The notes under the pieces: model-generated
The model's database searches: none
Told to the model about the DNA's origin: nothing
What the model saw: only the letters and a program-made list of their open reading frames with translations
Shown: positions 42,165 to 52,240 of the stretch, one piece after another
How the letters are laid out: every line of letters begins with the position of its first letter
Position numbering within the stretch: the first letter of the stretch is position 1
Made by a program: the position numbers and the translations under genes
Assembly: GCA_050952625.1 (NCBI GenBank)
Contig: JBMNLH010000005.1
Coordinates: 64,001-128,000, forward strand
DNA: 64,000 bases
Origin: Bacillota bacterium
GTDB lineage: Bacteria > Bacillota > Ch66 > Ch109
Reading direction: 5' to 3'

Positions 42165-43403
42165 TTATTTGTTGTCCCAGCCTAAGCCGGTCGGCCGGGT
42201 TATTAGACCGGTTCGGCGGATTTTACTGGCTACCTCGATTTGGACCGGAACCGCTGGCAATAATTCTGACCAGTTGTCTTTCATTTCCCGCCATTCCCCG
42301 GGGTATTTTCGGTGGATAGCTTCCCCAAAGCCAAAAACGTCCGCCCGGTATTCCTGCTGGGCCCGGGCCAGGGCTGCCTGGATTTCGGCTCGGATGGCCT
42401 CAGCCTGGAAATCTTCCAGGCTTCTAATTATTTCAGGTTGGTTTAAGTTAATATCGGTCCGGCTTTCTGCCACATTGCTTTCCACCTGAAGCTTCAGGGT
42501 CAGGGAAAGCTGACCGTTGCGGAGTTCCGGTTGCAGTTTGCTTTTGCAGCCTAGGATTTCCAGAGCAACCGGCTTTCCCTGACCCCCCGGAGCTGGAACT
42601 TGAATAGTGCCGCTCCTCACCTGGCCTCTTACCCACAGAACTCCCCGGCTCTCGGTCGAATTCAACCACCCAGCCAGTTTATCCCCTTGGAAGACGGCAG
42701 TTCCGTTAACCAGCATGGTATGCTCGGGCTCCATGGCCGGTAGGGTATCGTTGGTGTGTTCCGGTTTATATGACAGGTTGGGCCTTAATTCAACGCCAGC
42801 GGTAAAGGGGTCGGTTCCTTCGCTTTCCAGCATCTCCAGGAAGTCACCCACTGGTTGGACCGCGTACTGGGAAGTAAGACCCCGATCTTTGATTATTCTG
42901 GCTAAGCGCATGGCTGGACCCGGATCTAATAAGCCGGGGGTATCCATCAGATTAACCAGGTCGCTTCGGCTGACCAGCAGCCAGGTATTTCGGCGTAATT
43001 CGTGGTCGCGTTCGAAAAAATCCAAAAGCTCCCGAACTGAGCACTCCCGGACCAAACCTTCATCCAGGAGAATTACCTGGGTGTGGCCATAAAAAGGCCG
43101 GCGCGGCGATTCCCAGGTTATGCGGCGAATGGCTTCAAAGACGGTATCACCCTCAGCTTTGAGGTTGCGATAACTCTTTTGCTCTGCCGTAGTAACAAGG
43201 CCGCCAATTGCTCCGGCAACGGCTCTTGGATTGAGTACTTGGACGATAACCCGGATTTGTTCGGCCGGTGCTGGTTCTATTCCAATCCCACCGACAATGA
43301 TCAATTGTTCTACTTCACGCCGATCCCAGCAGGCCGGTTGACTGCTGATAATCCCTAGGAGCAGGAGCAGCAGGAGCAGTTTTCTCCCCCAATTATTGGT
43401 CAT
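42165..43403 (-). CDS. Ger(x)C germination lipoprotein
   Basis: Signal peptide + CWDRRE; DFFERD; DVFGFG. Confidence 0.92.
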   Translation of the reverse strand: MTNNWGRKLLLLLLLLGIISSQPACWDRREVEQLIIVGGIGIEPAPAEQIRVIVQVLNPRAVAGAIGGLVTTAEQKSYRNLKAEGDTVFEAIRRITWESPRRPFYGHTQVILLDEGLVRECSVRELLDFFERDHELRRNTWLLVSRSDLVNLMDTPGLLDPGPAMRLARIIKDRGLTSQYAVQPVGDFLEMLESEGTDPFTAGVELRPNLSYKPEHTNDTLPAMEPEHTMLVNGTAVFQGDKLAGWLNSTESRGVLWVRGQVRSGTIQVPAPGGQGKPVALEILGCKSKLQPELRNGQLSLTLKLQVESNVAESRTDINLNQPEIIRSLEDFQAEAIRAEIQAALARAQQEYRADVFGFGEAIHRKYPGEWREMKDNWSELLPAVPVQIEVASKIRRTGLITRPTGLGWDNK

Positions 43404-45072
43404 TGTTATTTGTTTGCCCTCCTCTTCTTTTCTGACCTTTATTCGGTTGAGCGGGAGAAGGTTTTAGCCCGGGGACCTGGCGTTGTTGGTTTGTTTTCGC
43501 AGTTTCAGTCGGCCGGCGGTTCATTGCCCATATGGGAGCGCGGATCAGGACATCTTTGAGGTCTGACCCATGAAGGGGGGCCAGGGGAGCCAAATAGGGC
43601 ATGCCAAAAGAACGCAACCCGGCCAAATGAATCAGGACCGCCAGAAACCCAACGATTATTCCGAAGAGCCCCAGGATCCCGGCTAACAGCATAAAGCCAA
43701 AGCGCATCAGGCGCAGCGGAAAACTTATCGTAAATATAGGCATCATAAAGGAGGCAATGCCGGTCAAGGCCACGACAATAACCATCAGCGGCGAGACGAT
43801 GCTGGCTTGGATTGCGGCTTGGCCGAGCACCAGAGCCCCGACAATGCTCACGGCTTGACCCACCTGCCGGGGCAGTCGGATGCCAGCTTCCCGTATGGCC
43901 TCAAAGGCCAGTTCCATGATCAAGGCCTCCAGCAAGGCCGGGAAAGGGACCCCTTCGCGGGCGGCAGCGATGCTGAGAAGTAGCCGGGTCGGGATCATCT
44001 CCTGGTGAAAGGTGGTAACCGCGATATACAGCGATGGCAGCAGCAAGGCCGTGAACATTCCCAGATACCGCAGCCAACGAATCACTGTTGCATAAACAAA
44101 TCGAGTCGAGTAGTCTTCCGGGGATTGCAATAAAAAGAAAAAGTCTGCCGGCACAATCAGCGCAAAAGGGGTCCCTTCGGTTAAGATCGCTACCCGGCCC
44201 TCTATCAAAGCTGACGCCACCATATCCGGTCGCTCCGTGTGAAGCACGGTTGGAAAGGGGGAAAAAGGCGCATCTTCGATCAGTTCTTCGAGTGCGCCGC
44301 TCTCTATGATCGCATCCAGGTCGATCCGCTGCAGCCGGCGTTTAACTTCCGCCACTAGATCCGGGGAAGTGATCCCTTTGATGTAGCTGATCATCACTGG
44401 GGTAGAGGTAACCCTGCCGATATTTAGACGTTCAAAGACCAGATTAGGGGACTGAACCCGGCGCCGAATCAAGGAAAGATTGGTTGAGAGGGTTTCCACG
44501 AAACCCTCTCGGGGGCCTCGAACCACGGTTTCGGATGTGGGTTCTGTAATGTTCCGCGCACTCCATCCCTGTAAACCTAGGATCAGGGCAGTGTCTTGTC
44601 CGTCAATCAGGATGACTACTTTTCCGTAAAGAATGGCATTGACCAGTTCGGCCAGGTTGTGGGCCTCTTGTAAGTCCGTGGTGGTGACGATAAAATCTTT
44701 GACTAGTTTCAACAGGTTGGGCCGGTTGAGATGGTAGCCAACTTCCTGGGAAAAGAGCATCATGGGTTTTAAGACATCGTTATTGATCAGGGCCTTGTCG
44801 CACATACTTTCAATATGAATGATTGCTGCCTCGGTTTGCTCAGCCAGACCCAACCGAAACTGCCGAAAAATAACATCCGCGTTTTGGCCGAAGATCCGCT
44901 TTAGCCGGTCAAGGTTGACCAACAAGCTGGAAGAAACAGTGATTTTGGCTAAATCTTCATTCCGGTAAACCCGACGATCCGGTTCGGTCTGGTTATTTGG
45001 TCGGGCGAGGTCCTCCTTTTTGTTAGCTTTTGGAATTAATTTCCCAATCAATCTTTTGATCCTGGGCGACAT
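43393..45072 (-). CDS. GerAA-family spore germination protein
   Basis: RGPREGFVE, TERPD, REGVPFP, EAGIRLP, SIVGALVLGQAA. Confidence 0.95.
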   Translation of the reverse strand: MSPRIKRLIGKLIPKANKKEDLARPNNQTEPDRRVYRNEDLAKITVSSSLLVNLDRLKRIFGQNADVIFRQFRLGLAEQTEAAIIHIESMCDKALINNDVLKPMMLFSQEVGYHLNRPNLLKLVKDFIVTTTDLQEAHNLAELVNAILYGKVVILIDGQDTALILGLQGWSARNITEPTSETVVRGPREGFVETLSTNLSLIRRRVQSPNLVFERLNIGRVTSTPVMISYIKGITSPDLVAEVKRRLQRIDLDAIIESGALEELIEDAPFSPFPTVLHTERPDMVASALIEGRVAILTEGTPFALIVPADFFFLLQSPEDYSTRFVYATVIRWLRYLGMFTALLLPSLYIAVTTFHQEMIPTRLLLSIAAAREGVPFPALLEALIMELAFEAIREAGIRLPRQVGQAVSIVGALVLGQAAIQASIVSPLMVIVVALTGIASFMMPIFTISFPLRLMRFGFMLLAGILGLFGIIVGFLAVLIHLAGLRSFGMPYLAPLAPLHGSDLKDVLIRAPIWAMNRRPTETAKTNQQRQVPGLKPSPAQPNKGQKRRGGQTNNNDQ

Positions 45073-45163
45073 TGGATAACCCTCTCTTTATTGAAATCGG
45101 GTAAACCGGGCAAAAGTGCCAATTAGTATTAATATTCTCCAAAAAGAGCCGGGAGTATCCATA

Positions 45164-45217
45164 ACCGGGGGGACGGTTCTTCCGGCCGGTTGTTGCCACG
45201 GGGAAGGTTTTTCCGGC
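45164..45217 (+). repeat. Two REP-A variants
   Basis: ACCGGGGGGACGGTTCTTCCGGC; GCCACGGGGAAGGTTTTTCCGGC. Confidence 0.75.
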
Positions 45218-45787
45218 CGGGATAAAATTGGCACCGGTCGGTTGTGGGACAGGTTAAGTTCTTTAAGAACAATTACGCGCGTGTGATAACTCGGTCTGCC
45301 GGCTAGACGGGGAACGAACCTTGTTGCTTCGGATAGGACTTGTCTCCCCCTCTAGCCCCGCCATACGCTAACTGGGAACGAACCTTGTTGCTTCGGACAG
45401 GCATCAAACTCGTCCGGCGAGCTCAAACAGCGATACCAGCTGATCCTCAGCCAGCTCTGTTCCTTGTGTAAGCTGCCAATCGCTGACCTGCGTTAAACCA
45501 TGGCTCGATCATGGTTTTTCCTGTTCTGGACAGCGTACGAAGCGGCATGGGGGTCTAATAAGACGTTGTTTCTATCAGTCACATGGTCGGGGTAAAGGAG
45601 TAGAAACGGATTCTGGGGTTTAATAAGATGTTTTTCTATCAGTTTTGAAAGTTGGGCAATTGAGTGCATGAACTCAAAAATAGGTCTTTGGTCCCGATCA
45701 AACTGCTAGTATTTTGACTGTTTTTGTCGTATTATACATTGCAGGGTATTAAGATTAATAATTAACGTGGATAATATTGTAACAAAA

Positions 45788-45880
45788 TAAATGGGCAGCG
45801 TATTCGAAAGAATACTACGCAAAGCTACGGGTCTAAGGTTTTAGGTCTTAACCTGAGGCTATGATCGCCGGGCTGCATTA
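45788..45880 (+). ncRNA. c-di-GMP-I (GEMM) riboswitch
   Basis: GGGCA..GTATTC-GAAA-GAATAC..ACGCAAAGCTACGGGTCTAAG..TATGATCGCCGGGCTGC, upstream of an MCP. Confidence 0.85.
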
Positions 45881-45920
45881 CACCATCGCTTTAATTCACT
45901 GGACATGAATTAAAGGTCTG

Positions 45921-45945
45921 CCCGTTTGGATAAACGGGTTTTTTT
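45921..45945 (+). terminator. Riboswitch expression-platform terminator
   Basis: CCCGTTT-GGAT-AAACGGG then T7; upstream hairpin CTTTAATTCA/TGAATTAAAG at ~45889-45915. Confidence 0.8.
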
Positions 45946-45983
45946 AATAACTACTTAAACACTGGAGGTGAAACACTACGGCT

Positions 45984-46145
45984 GTCTAGCAGTATCTTGA
46001 TCTACTCTTACTTTTTCTCGGGGATAGACGATATCCATGCCACATCTGTATAGCAATATCATTGATCTACTCTTACTCCTACGGAACTTCGGCTTCCACG
46101 CATACAAAAAGTCTAGCAACTTTATGATCATGATTGACTCTTACT
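45984..46145. repeat. Three ~30-bp imperfect repeats with 35- and 33-bp unique spacers
   Basis: GTCTAGCAGTATCTTGATCTACTCTTACT / GTATAGCAATATCATTGATCTACTCTTACT / GTCTAGCAAC..GACTCTTACT. Confidence 0.7.
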
Positions 46146-46177
46146 GGGTTTAAAATTAAATAAGGGAGAGGAATATT

Positions 46178-48169
46178 TTGTTTAATCTAGGGAAAATGAG
46201 CGTTAAGTTCAAACTCCTGCTACCTGTCTTAATATTGGTCATATTATGTTTGAGTATTATGGGGGTTTTAAATTATCAGGCGGCCAGAAATCTTTTAACG
46301 ACTCAGATGGGGGAGCAAATCTTAAAAATAGCTGTGGCACAGTCAGAGAATATTGATAACTGGCTGAAGATCCGGCTGGCTGAGGTTGAGACTCTGGCCA
46401 ATACTGGGATAGTTAGGAGCATGGATCTAACCCAGATCGAACCGGGACTGGTTAAACACCATGAGCGTTTGCAGGAATACTATGAACTGCTGTACGTTGC
46501 CGAGCCGAATGGTATCTGCCACCTTAGCTCCGGAGGGGAGAATAACATTGCAGACCGGGACTACTTCCAGCAGGCTATGGCCGGTAAAACACTGGTGTCG
46601 GACCCGGTAATCTCCAAAGCCACCGGCAACCCGATCGTGGTCGCGATCGCGCCAATTAAAAATGACAGCGGACAGGTTATCGGGGCTTTCGGGGGAGTTG
46701 TGCTGATTGATACCTTGAACCGGATGGTTTTAGACGTGAAGGTCGGCCAAACCGGTTATGCCTATATGATGCAGCGGGACGGACTAACCCTGGTTCACCC
46801 GGATAAGGACTGGGTCCTGAAACGAAATCCGCTCCAAGAAGCGGGCACGGATAAATCCTTGGTCGATATCCTGACGCGCATGACTAAGGGTGAGACCGGT
46901 CACGGGTATTATACCTGGGAGGGTGACGAAAAACTGATCAGCTTTGCTCCCGTGAAAACAACCGGGTGGGGTTTGGCAGTTACGGTACCCAGCCAAGAAA
47001 TCAATGAAAGTGTTAGTACCCTGGCCAAGAATACGCTAATTATTGGGCTGGTTTGTCTGGTGGTGCTGGGCTTAGCCATCTTCTTTATGGTACAGCTAAC
47101 CTTAAAACCATTACAACGGCTAGCTGAAGTGAGCAGCCGAATCGCTGAGGGAGATTTAGCGCAGCAGGTAGAAGTAAAGTCGACCGACGAGATCGGCCAA
47201 TTGGCGGAGAACTTTAACGGCATGGTCAATAACCTGCGCCGTTTAGTAGAGCGGATCAGTACTATGACCGGGCAAGTGGCGGATGCCTCGGAGCAACTAG
47301 CTGAGGCAGCCGGGGAGTCCGGGAAAGCGACAGAGCAGGTCGCCCTCAGTATGGGTGAATTGGCCAAAGGAACCGCTAATGAGGCAGAACTTACCCAGGA
47401 TACTGCCCGAGTGGTGAATGATATGGCCCAAGCCCTGCGGCAGGTAGAAAGTGGAGCCCAACAGGTTAACGGGGTCTCCCGGCAGCTAAAAACTGTCGTT
47501 GAGGAAGGAATGGAGGCCGTCAGTGATCTGGGCAGTAAAATGGCGGAAAGTGTTCGGTCTTCTGAAGGGGTCGGCGTAGCCATTCAGGATCTAGATCAGT
47601 GCTCCAAAGAGATCGGACAAATAGTTGAGGTCATCACCAATATTGCCGGCCAAACTAATTTGCTGGCCTTGAACGCAGCCATAGAGGCGGCTCGAGCGGG
47701 TGAACAAGGCCGCGGCTTTGCGGTGGTTGCTGATGAGGTGCGGAAATTGGCTGAGGGTTCGGCTCAGGCTGCCAATCAGATTGCCCAGCTTATCCAGGAT
47801 ATTCAGAAAGGAACCGAAACCGCAGTCAATGAGGTAACCAACGCCATCGCAGTGATTAAGGCGCAGGAGCAGGCGGTGAGCGTCACTGAGAACTTGTTCG
47901 GCAATGTTGAAAAAGGAGCCGGATCCATTGAATTGGAGATAAATTCTGCTATCGCGGCCATTAATCAGTTGAGCACCCAGGCTCAGCGAATCGTCCAGGC
48001 CGTGGAAAGCATCTCGGCGATTACCCAGCAATCAGCTGCCTCCGCTGAAGAAGTTTCAGCCATTACCGAGGAGCAAACTGCTTCCGCCCAGATGATTGCC
48101 GCCTCGGCGCAAAACATCGCTGATCTGGTTAAAGATTTAGAAAAAGCAGTCGCCCAATTCAAACTCTAG
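46178..48169 (+). CDS. Methyl-accepting chemotaxis protein (dCache, HAMP)
   Basis: [45 protein letters not shown]. Confidence 0.95.
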   Translation: MFNLGKMSVKFKLLLPVLILVILCLSIMGVLNYQAARNLLTTQMGEQILKIAVAQSENIDNWLKIRLAEVETLANTGIVRSMDLTQIEPGLVKHHERLQEYYELLYVAEPNGICHLSSGGENNIADRDYFQQAMAGKTLVSDPVISKATGNPIVVAIAPIKNDSGQVIGAFGGVVLIDTLNRMVLDVKVGQTGYAYMMQRDGLTLVHPDKDWVLKRNPLQEAGTDKSLVDILTRMTKGETGHGYYTWEGDEKLISFAPVKTTGWGLAVTVPSQEINESVSTLAKNTLIIGLVCLVVLGLAIFFMVQLTLKPLQRLAEVSSRIAEGDLAQQVEVKSTDEIGQLAENFNGMVNNLRRLVERISTMTGQVADASEQLAEAAGESGKATEQVALSMGELAKGTANEAELTQDTARVVNDMAQALRQVESGAQQVNGVSRQLKTVVEEGMEAVSDLGSKMAESVRSSEGVGVAIQDLDQCSKEIGQIVEVITNIAGQTNLLALNAAIEAARAGEQGRGFAVVADEVRKLAEGSAQAANQIAQLIQDIQKGTETAVNEVTNAIAVIKAQEQAVSVTENLFGNVEKGAGSIELEINSAIAAINQLSTQAQRIVQAVESISAITQQSAASAEEVSAITEEQTASAQMIAASAQNIADLVKDLEKAVAQFKL

Positions 48170-48193
48170 CCACATCAGCCCAGTAGCCCAGCA

Positions 48194-48261
48194 GCCAAAG
48201 GGACGGTTCTTGTGGCAGGGAGCAGGGGGGACGGGCTAGCCAAAGGGACGGTTCTTGTGGG
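48194..48261 (+). repeat. REP-A cluster
   Basis: GCCAAAGGGACGGTTCTTGTGG at 48194 and 48239. Confidence 0.85.
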
Positions 48262-48279
48262 AAGGAAGCCGGGACGACT

Positions 48280-48434
48280 CCCCGACTTCCTCTATGAAAC
48301 AGATGACCGAATGCAGCTGGATGATCGAGCAGCTGACCAAGCTGCCCCCGACTTCCTCATATGAAACAGATAACCAAGACCAAGGAATCTTCAGTAAGCC
48401 AAAACCAGGTTCCCCAGCTTCCTCTTATGAAACT
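48280..48434. repeat. Three ~66-bp-period repeats; the third is cut by the IS4 element
   Basis: CCCC(GA/AG)CTTCCTC(A/T)TATGAAAC(AGAT) at 48280, 48346, 48412. Confidence 0.7.
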
Positions 48435-50040
48435 CACTAGTGTTGCATTAAATTTTTTAACAAAGCACTAAGTAGTTCATTATCATAAATGCTTAATAAA
48501 TATACATGTTAATTACCATAATATAACTGGTCCTATAAGAAAAAACTCCTTATAATAGAGATGTACAGGTAGTCCTGTCCATAATCTCTAAGATAAGGAG
48601 ATCCCACTTATGGACAAGGATACCAAAAAATCTGCATTTCGTGAATGCCTTGAGCCTATATTTGTATCTAGTTTTCAAAAGCTACTTAAAACCTGGGACA
48701 TTGACAAGTACGTCAAAAAGCTGTTCGCTAATAACTTTATCCTTTTAATGCTTTACGCCCAGATTGATTGCCTTGACAGTTTGCGCCATACGAGTCAGAT
48801 ATTGAAGGATAGTGAAAAACTTCAGGAACTTATTGGAATAACTTCTATAAGTGCATCACAGCTATCCAGAAAACTCAGAGAAATGTCAACCGAAGTTCTT
48901 GAAAAATTGTTTACTGAACTCGTAAAGGAGCTAGAAGCAACAATTGGTCATAAAGCAATGAGTCATCGTCTTAAAAGGATTTTCTTGGTGGATGCCTCGG
49001 TGATTAGCTTTTGTCTCTCCAATCACCTTTGGGCAACCTACCGGAAAACTAAGGCCGGAGTCAAGCTTCACCTAAAACTAGCCTTTTATCCTGAAGTCGG
49101 GGTTTATCCTTATACGGCAATTATCACAACCGCTAAAGGTAACGACCGGACTCAAATGGATAACTTGGTCGTTGAAGAATCTGGAGATGCGCTTTACGTT
49201 TTTGACCGAGGTTACATTGATTACGAGAAGTTCGACAGCTATTGTGATAATAACAACCAGATCCGGTTTGTCAGCCGTTTAAAATCAAATGCGGTCAAGG
49301 AGTTAATCCTAGAGCAAAAGATCCTGGTTGATAATGAATGGGCACTGGAGCGAATTGTTCGTCTGGGCAGACCGGGAGTTAACCAAATGAAACATCCTCT
49401 ACGGTTAATTGAAACCCGGGATACTCAAGGAAATGCCGTCACGATTGTAACCAATAACTTTGAATTAACTGCCCAAGAAATCAGTGATATTTACCGGAAC
49501 CGGTGGGCAATTGAACTATTTTTTAAATGGGTGAAGCAACATCTCAAGGTCAAAAAGTTTTATGGTAATAGCGAGAATGCCGTAAAGAATCAGATTTGGC
49601 TAGCCCTCATATCCTTTTGTTTGATGACATTACTCCAATCAAAGGTAAAGTTCTCGGGAGAGCTCTTGAGTCTTCAACGTCTTCTACAATCTTGTGGATA
49701 TGATTCTTTAGAACTTTTCCTCGACAAGTTGTTTAGGCCACCAGCTCGTAAATCTAATGGTGGAAGGCGAAAGAATACATGGGAACAGGAATTCTGGCGG
49801 CTTAACGAAGAAACATTGCTTTATGGGACTAGTATTCTAGATGAAATGACCCTGGATCTTATTTAACAAAATTAGGCAACGAAATGTGGCACAGGACTAT
49901 CTTTAATTGATCACTTGCTTTTTAACATTTACAGGAAAAATCCTGTTCAGAATATTCAATCTTCGTCTATTTAGCCCTATATATAAGCCAGTGTAAAATG
50001 CACTTAGAAGAAATGGGTTAAATTTTATGCATCACTAATG
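48435..50040 (+). mobile_element. Complete IS4-family insertion sequence with 9-bp TSD
   Basis: IRL CACTAGTGTTGCATTAAATTT, IRR AAATTTTATGCATCACTAATG; TATGAAACT duplicated at 48426-48434 and 50041-50049. Confidence 0.92.
48610..49866 (+). CDS. IS4-family DDE transposase
   Basis: ISASQLSRK, LVDAS, VFDRGY, YRNRWAIELFFKWVKQHL. Confidence 0.95.
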   Translation: MDKDTKKSAFRECLEPIFVSSFQKLLKTWDIDKYVKKLFANNFILLMLYAQIDCLDSLRHTSQILKDSEKLQELIGITSISASQLSRKLREMSTEVLEKLFTELVKELEATIGHKAMSHRLKRIFLVDASVISFCLSNHLWATYRKTKAGVKLHLKLAFYPEVGVYPYTAIITTAKGNDRTQMDNLVVEESGDALYVFDRGYIDYEKFDSYCDNNNQIRFVSRLKSNAVKELILEQKILVDNEWALERIVRLGRPGVNQMKHPLRLIETRDTQGNAVTIVTNNFELTAQEISDIYRNRWAIELFFKWVKQHLKVKKFYGNSENAVKNQIWLALISFCLMTLLQSKVKFSGELLSLQRLLQSCGYDSLELFLDKLFRPPARKSNGGRRKNTWEQEFWRLNEETLLYGTSILDEMTLDLI

Positions 50041-50399
50041 TATGAAACTATGAAAACAGATATGTATTTTGAGCAGAAAAGAACGAACTTATTGGTTTTG
50101 CTTGACACTCCTCAAGGCTGAAGTCAGGCACTTGACGACCTATTTTGCTAATAGTAACCAACTTGTCCGAATTCAGTTTCCGGAGTAACTGAGCAGTGAA
50201 AAAGGAAATCGAGCAGATGTTGAGGAAGGCAACTTCCAGGAATTAACAAAGCAGAAGTCTAAAAGGCCTGGTAGAGTATTAATCTATCGGGTCATTTGTT
50301 TTTCAAAGGAGGCACGAAGATTAAGGGGATGCGAGCACCATCCTGGTTTCTCCCTCAAGATTCAGGCGGTAGGAGAACGGTTCTTGTGCTCCCATATCC

Positions 50400-50578
50400 C
50401 CTTATCCCTTTATCTCTCTATCTCTCTATTTCTCTATCTCTCTGTTTCTCTATCTCTCTGTTTCTCTATCTCTCTGTTTCTCTATCTCTCTACGAGAACC
50501 GTCCCCGTGGCTGGGTGCATCTCTCCATCTCGCCACGAGAACCGTCCCCGTGGCTGCCGCGAGAACCGTCCCCTTGGC
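50400..50578 (-). repeat. (TCTCTR)n microsatellite abutting three REP-A copies
   Basis: CT-rich hexamer tract 50400-50491; REPs at ~50489-50511, 50532-50554, 50556-50578. Confidence 0.85.
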
Positions 50579-50723
50579 TGGGTTCGCCTGCTTTTCTTTT
50601 TCCAGGTGTTAGCTGAGCAAAGATTTCATATACTTGTTTTAGGTAATAATCCAGAAGCAAAAGGGATGTTACAAGCGGCGAAGACGGGTTTGGGGCCGGT
50701 TGTATGATTAAGGGGGTAATAAT

Positions 50724-51803
50724 ATGAGATTTGGTCGGATTAAAAATGTCTACCCCGGGGGTAATACGGTCCGGGGCTTTTTCTCCCTTTATGATTCAGC
50801 CTTGCAAAATTTGCAGCGACTCTATATCCTCAAAGGCGGGCCGGGTACCGGCAAATCGACCCTGATCCGTCAGGTGGGGCTGGCCATGGTTGACCGCGGC
50901 TATGATACTGAATTTCTACATTGTTCTTCAGATAACCGTTCCTTGGATGGGGTGATTGTCCCGGCAATTGGGGTGGGGATTGTGGATGGTACTGCACCGC
51001 ATATAATTGATCCAAAGTACCCCGGAGCGGTTGATCAGATCATTAATCTGGGGGAGTGTTGGCATGAGGAGTACTTGCAGGAACACCGTAAGGAAATCGT
51101 GGATATTACTACTCAAATCAGCGGGCACTTTAGTCAAGCCTATAAAATTTTGAAAAAGGCCAAGGAGATTGAAGAGGAATGGGAGGGTCTGGTGGCTGAG
51201 GCCATGGATTTTTCGCGGCTTGATCAGCAGACAGAGAGCTTGCTGGCGGAGGTCTTCGAACTTTCACCCCCGGTGCGGCACCTGTTTGCCGGAGCCTTGA
51301 CCCCTGAAGGAACAGTCAATTATATTGAAAATTTGACTGAAGATTGCACGCGTCGAATTATTCTTCGAGGACAACCGGGCAGCGGTAAATCAACTATAAT
51401 CAGTAAGGTGGCGCAGATTGCCCAGCAAAGGGGATTTGGGATTGAAGTTTTTCATTGCGCCTTTGACCCAGATAGCCTGGATATGGTGATAATTCCTTAC
51501 CTCAAAACAGCGGTGCTTGACGGCAGCCCGCCGCACGTGATTGAAGCCAGCCGACCGGGTGACCGGATCATTGATTTAATGGAATTCGCGGCTGAGTCCG
51601 TTCTAGAAGAACGGAAAGTAGCTTTAGCTGAGAAAAAACTGGAATTTGAGGAGGCGATCAGTGCGGCAGTAGCCGAGATAAACCGGGCTAAGAAGGCTCA
51701 TGACCAGTTAGAGGCGATCTATATTGAGGCGATGGATTATGATGAGTTAGATGCGGTGCGGGAGCAGGTCCTAAATAAGGTTTTGCAGTTAGCCACTAAA
51801 TAG
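50724..51803 (+). CDS. PRK06851-like duplicated P-loop ATPase
   Basis: Two Walker A motifs (GGPGTGKS, GQPGSGKS); HCSSD..SLD; DGTAPH. Confidence 0.88.
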   Translation: MRFGRIKNVYPGGNTVRGFFSLYDSALQNLQRLYILKGGPGTGKSTLIRQVGLAMVDRGYDTEFLHCSSDNRSLDGVIVPAIGVGIVDGTAPHIIDPKYPGAVDQIINLGECWHEEYLQEHRKEIVDITTQISGHFSQAYKILKKAKEIEEEWEGLVAEAMDFSRLDQQTESLLAEVFELSPPVRHLFAGALTPEGTVNYIENLTEDCTRRIILRGQPGSGKSTIISKVAQIAQQRGFGIEVFHCAFDPDSLDMVIIPYLKTAVLDGSPPHVIEASRPGDRIIDLMEFAAESVLEERKVALAEKKLEFEEAISAAVAEINRAKKAHDQLEAIYIEAMDYDELDAVREQVLNKVLQLATK

Positions 51804-52240
51804 GGAAGGGGGACAAAACCTTATTTTGCACGAATCTTAAAAGCCTTGATACCGGCGGTTTTAAAACAAACCTGAATCCGTGGCACACGTAAAAAACTTG
51901 TTTAAATTTCCCCAAAATCAGGTATTCATATGATCACTTCTCTAATATATGACTTTTAGTTTCAAACAAAACAATTAAATACAATGACCGAATGGTCGCG
52001 GTATGTTTTAACTGCGTCACAGCCGAGAATAGGTTATACTGAACAGTAGTGGGACAACTTATTTTTTTGATGAAGCCCTAATTAAACCATATTTTCTATA
52101 TTTTGTAATTAATATTAAGCAAATAGCGGATTACATTGATGGTCGTGCTGGTATCCCCGGAACACCGGGAATATTATCTGCTGAACTTCTGAGAACATTT
52201 TTTATATAAAGAGGTTATCAGAATAAGGGGAGGGTAGCGT

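Noticed and set aside
45984-48434. Bona fide CRISPR arrays
   Set aside because: Only three imperfect repeats each, and no cas genes in the window; kept as repeat findings
50296-50707. ORFs of 106-107 aa
   Set aside because: They are translations of a microsatellite and REP copies
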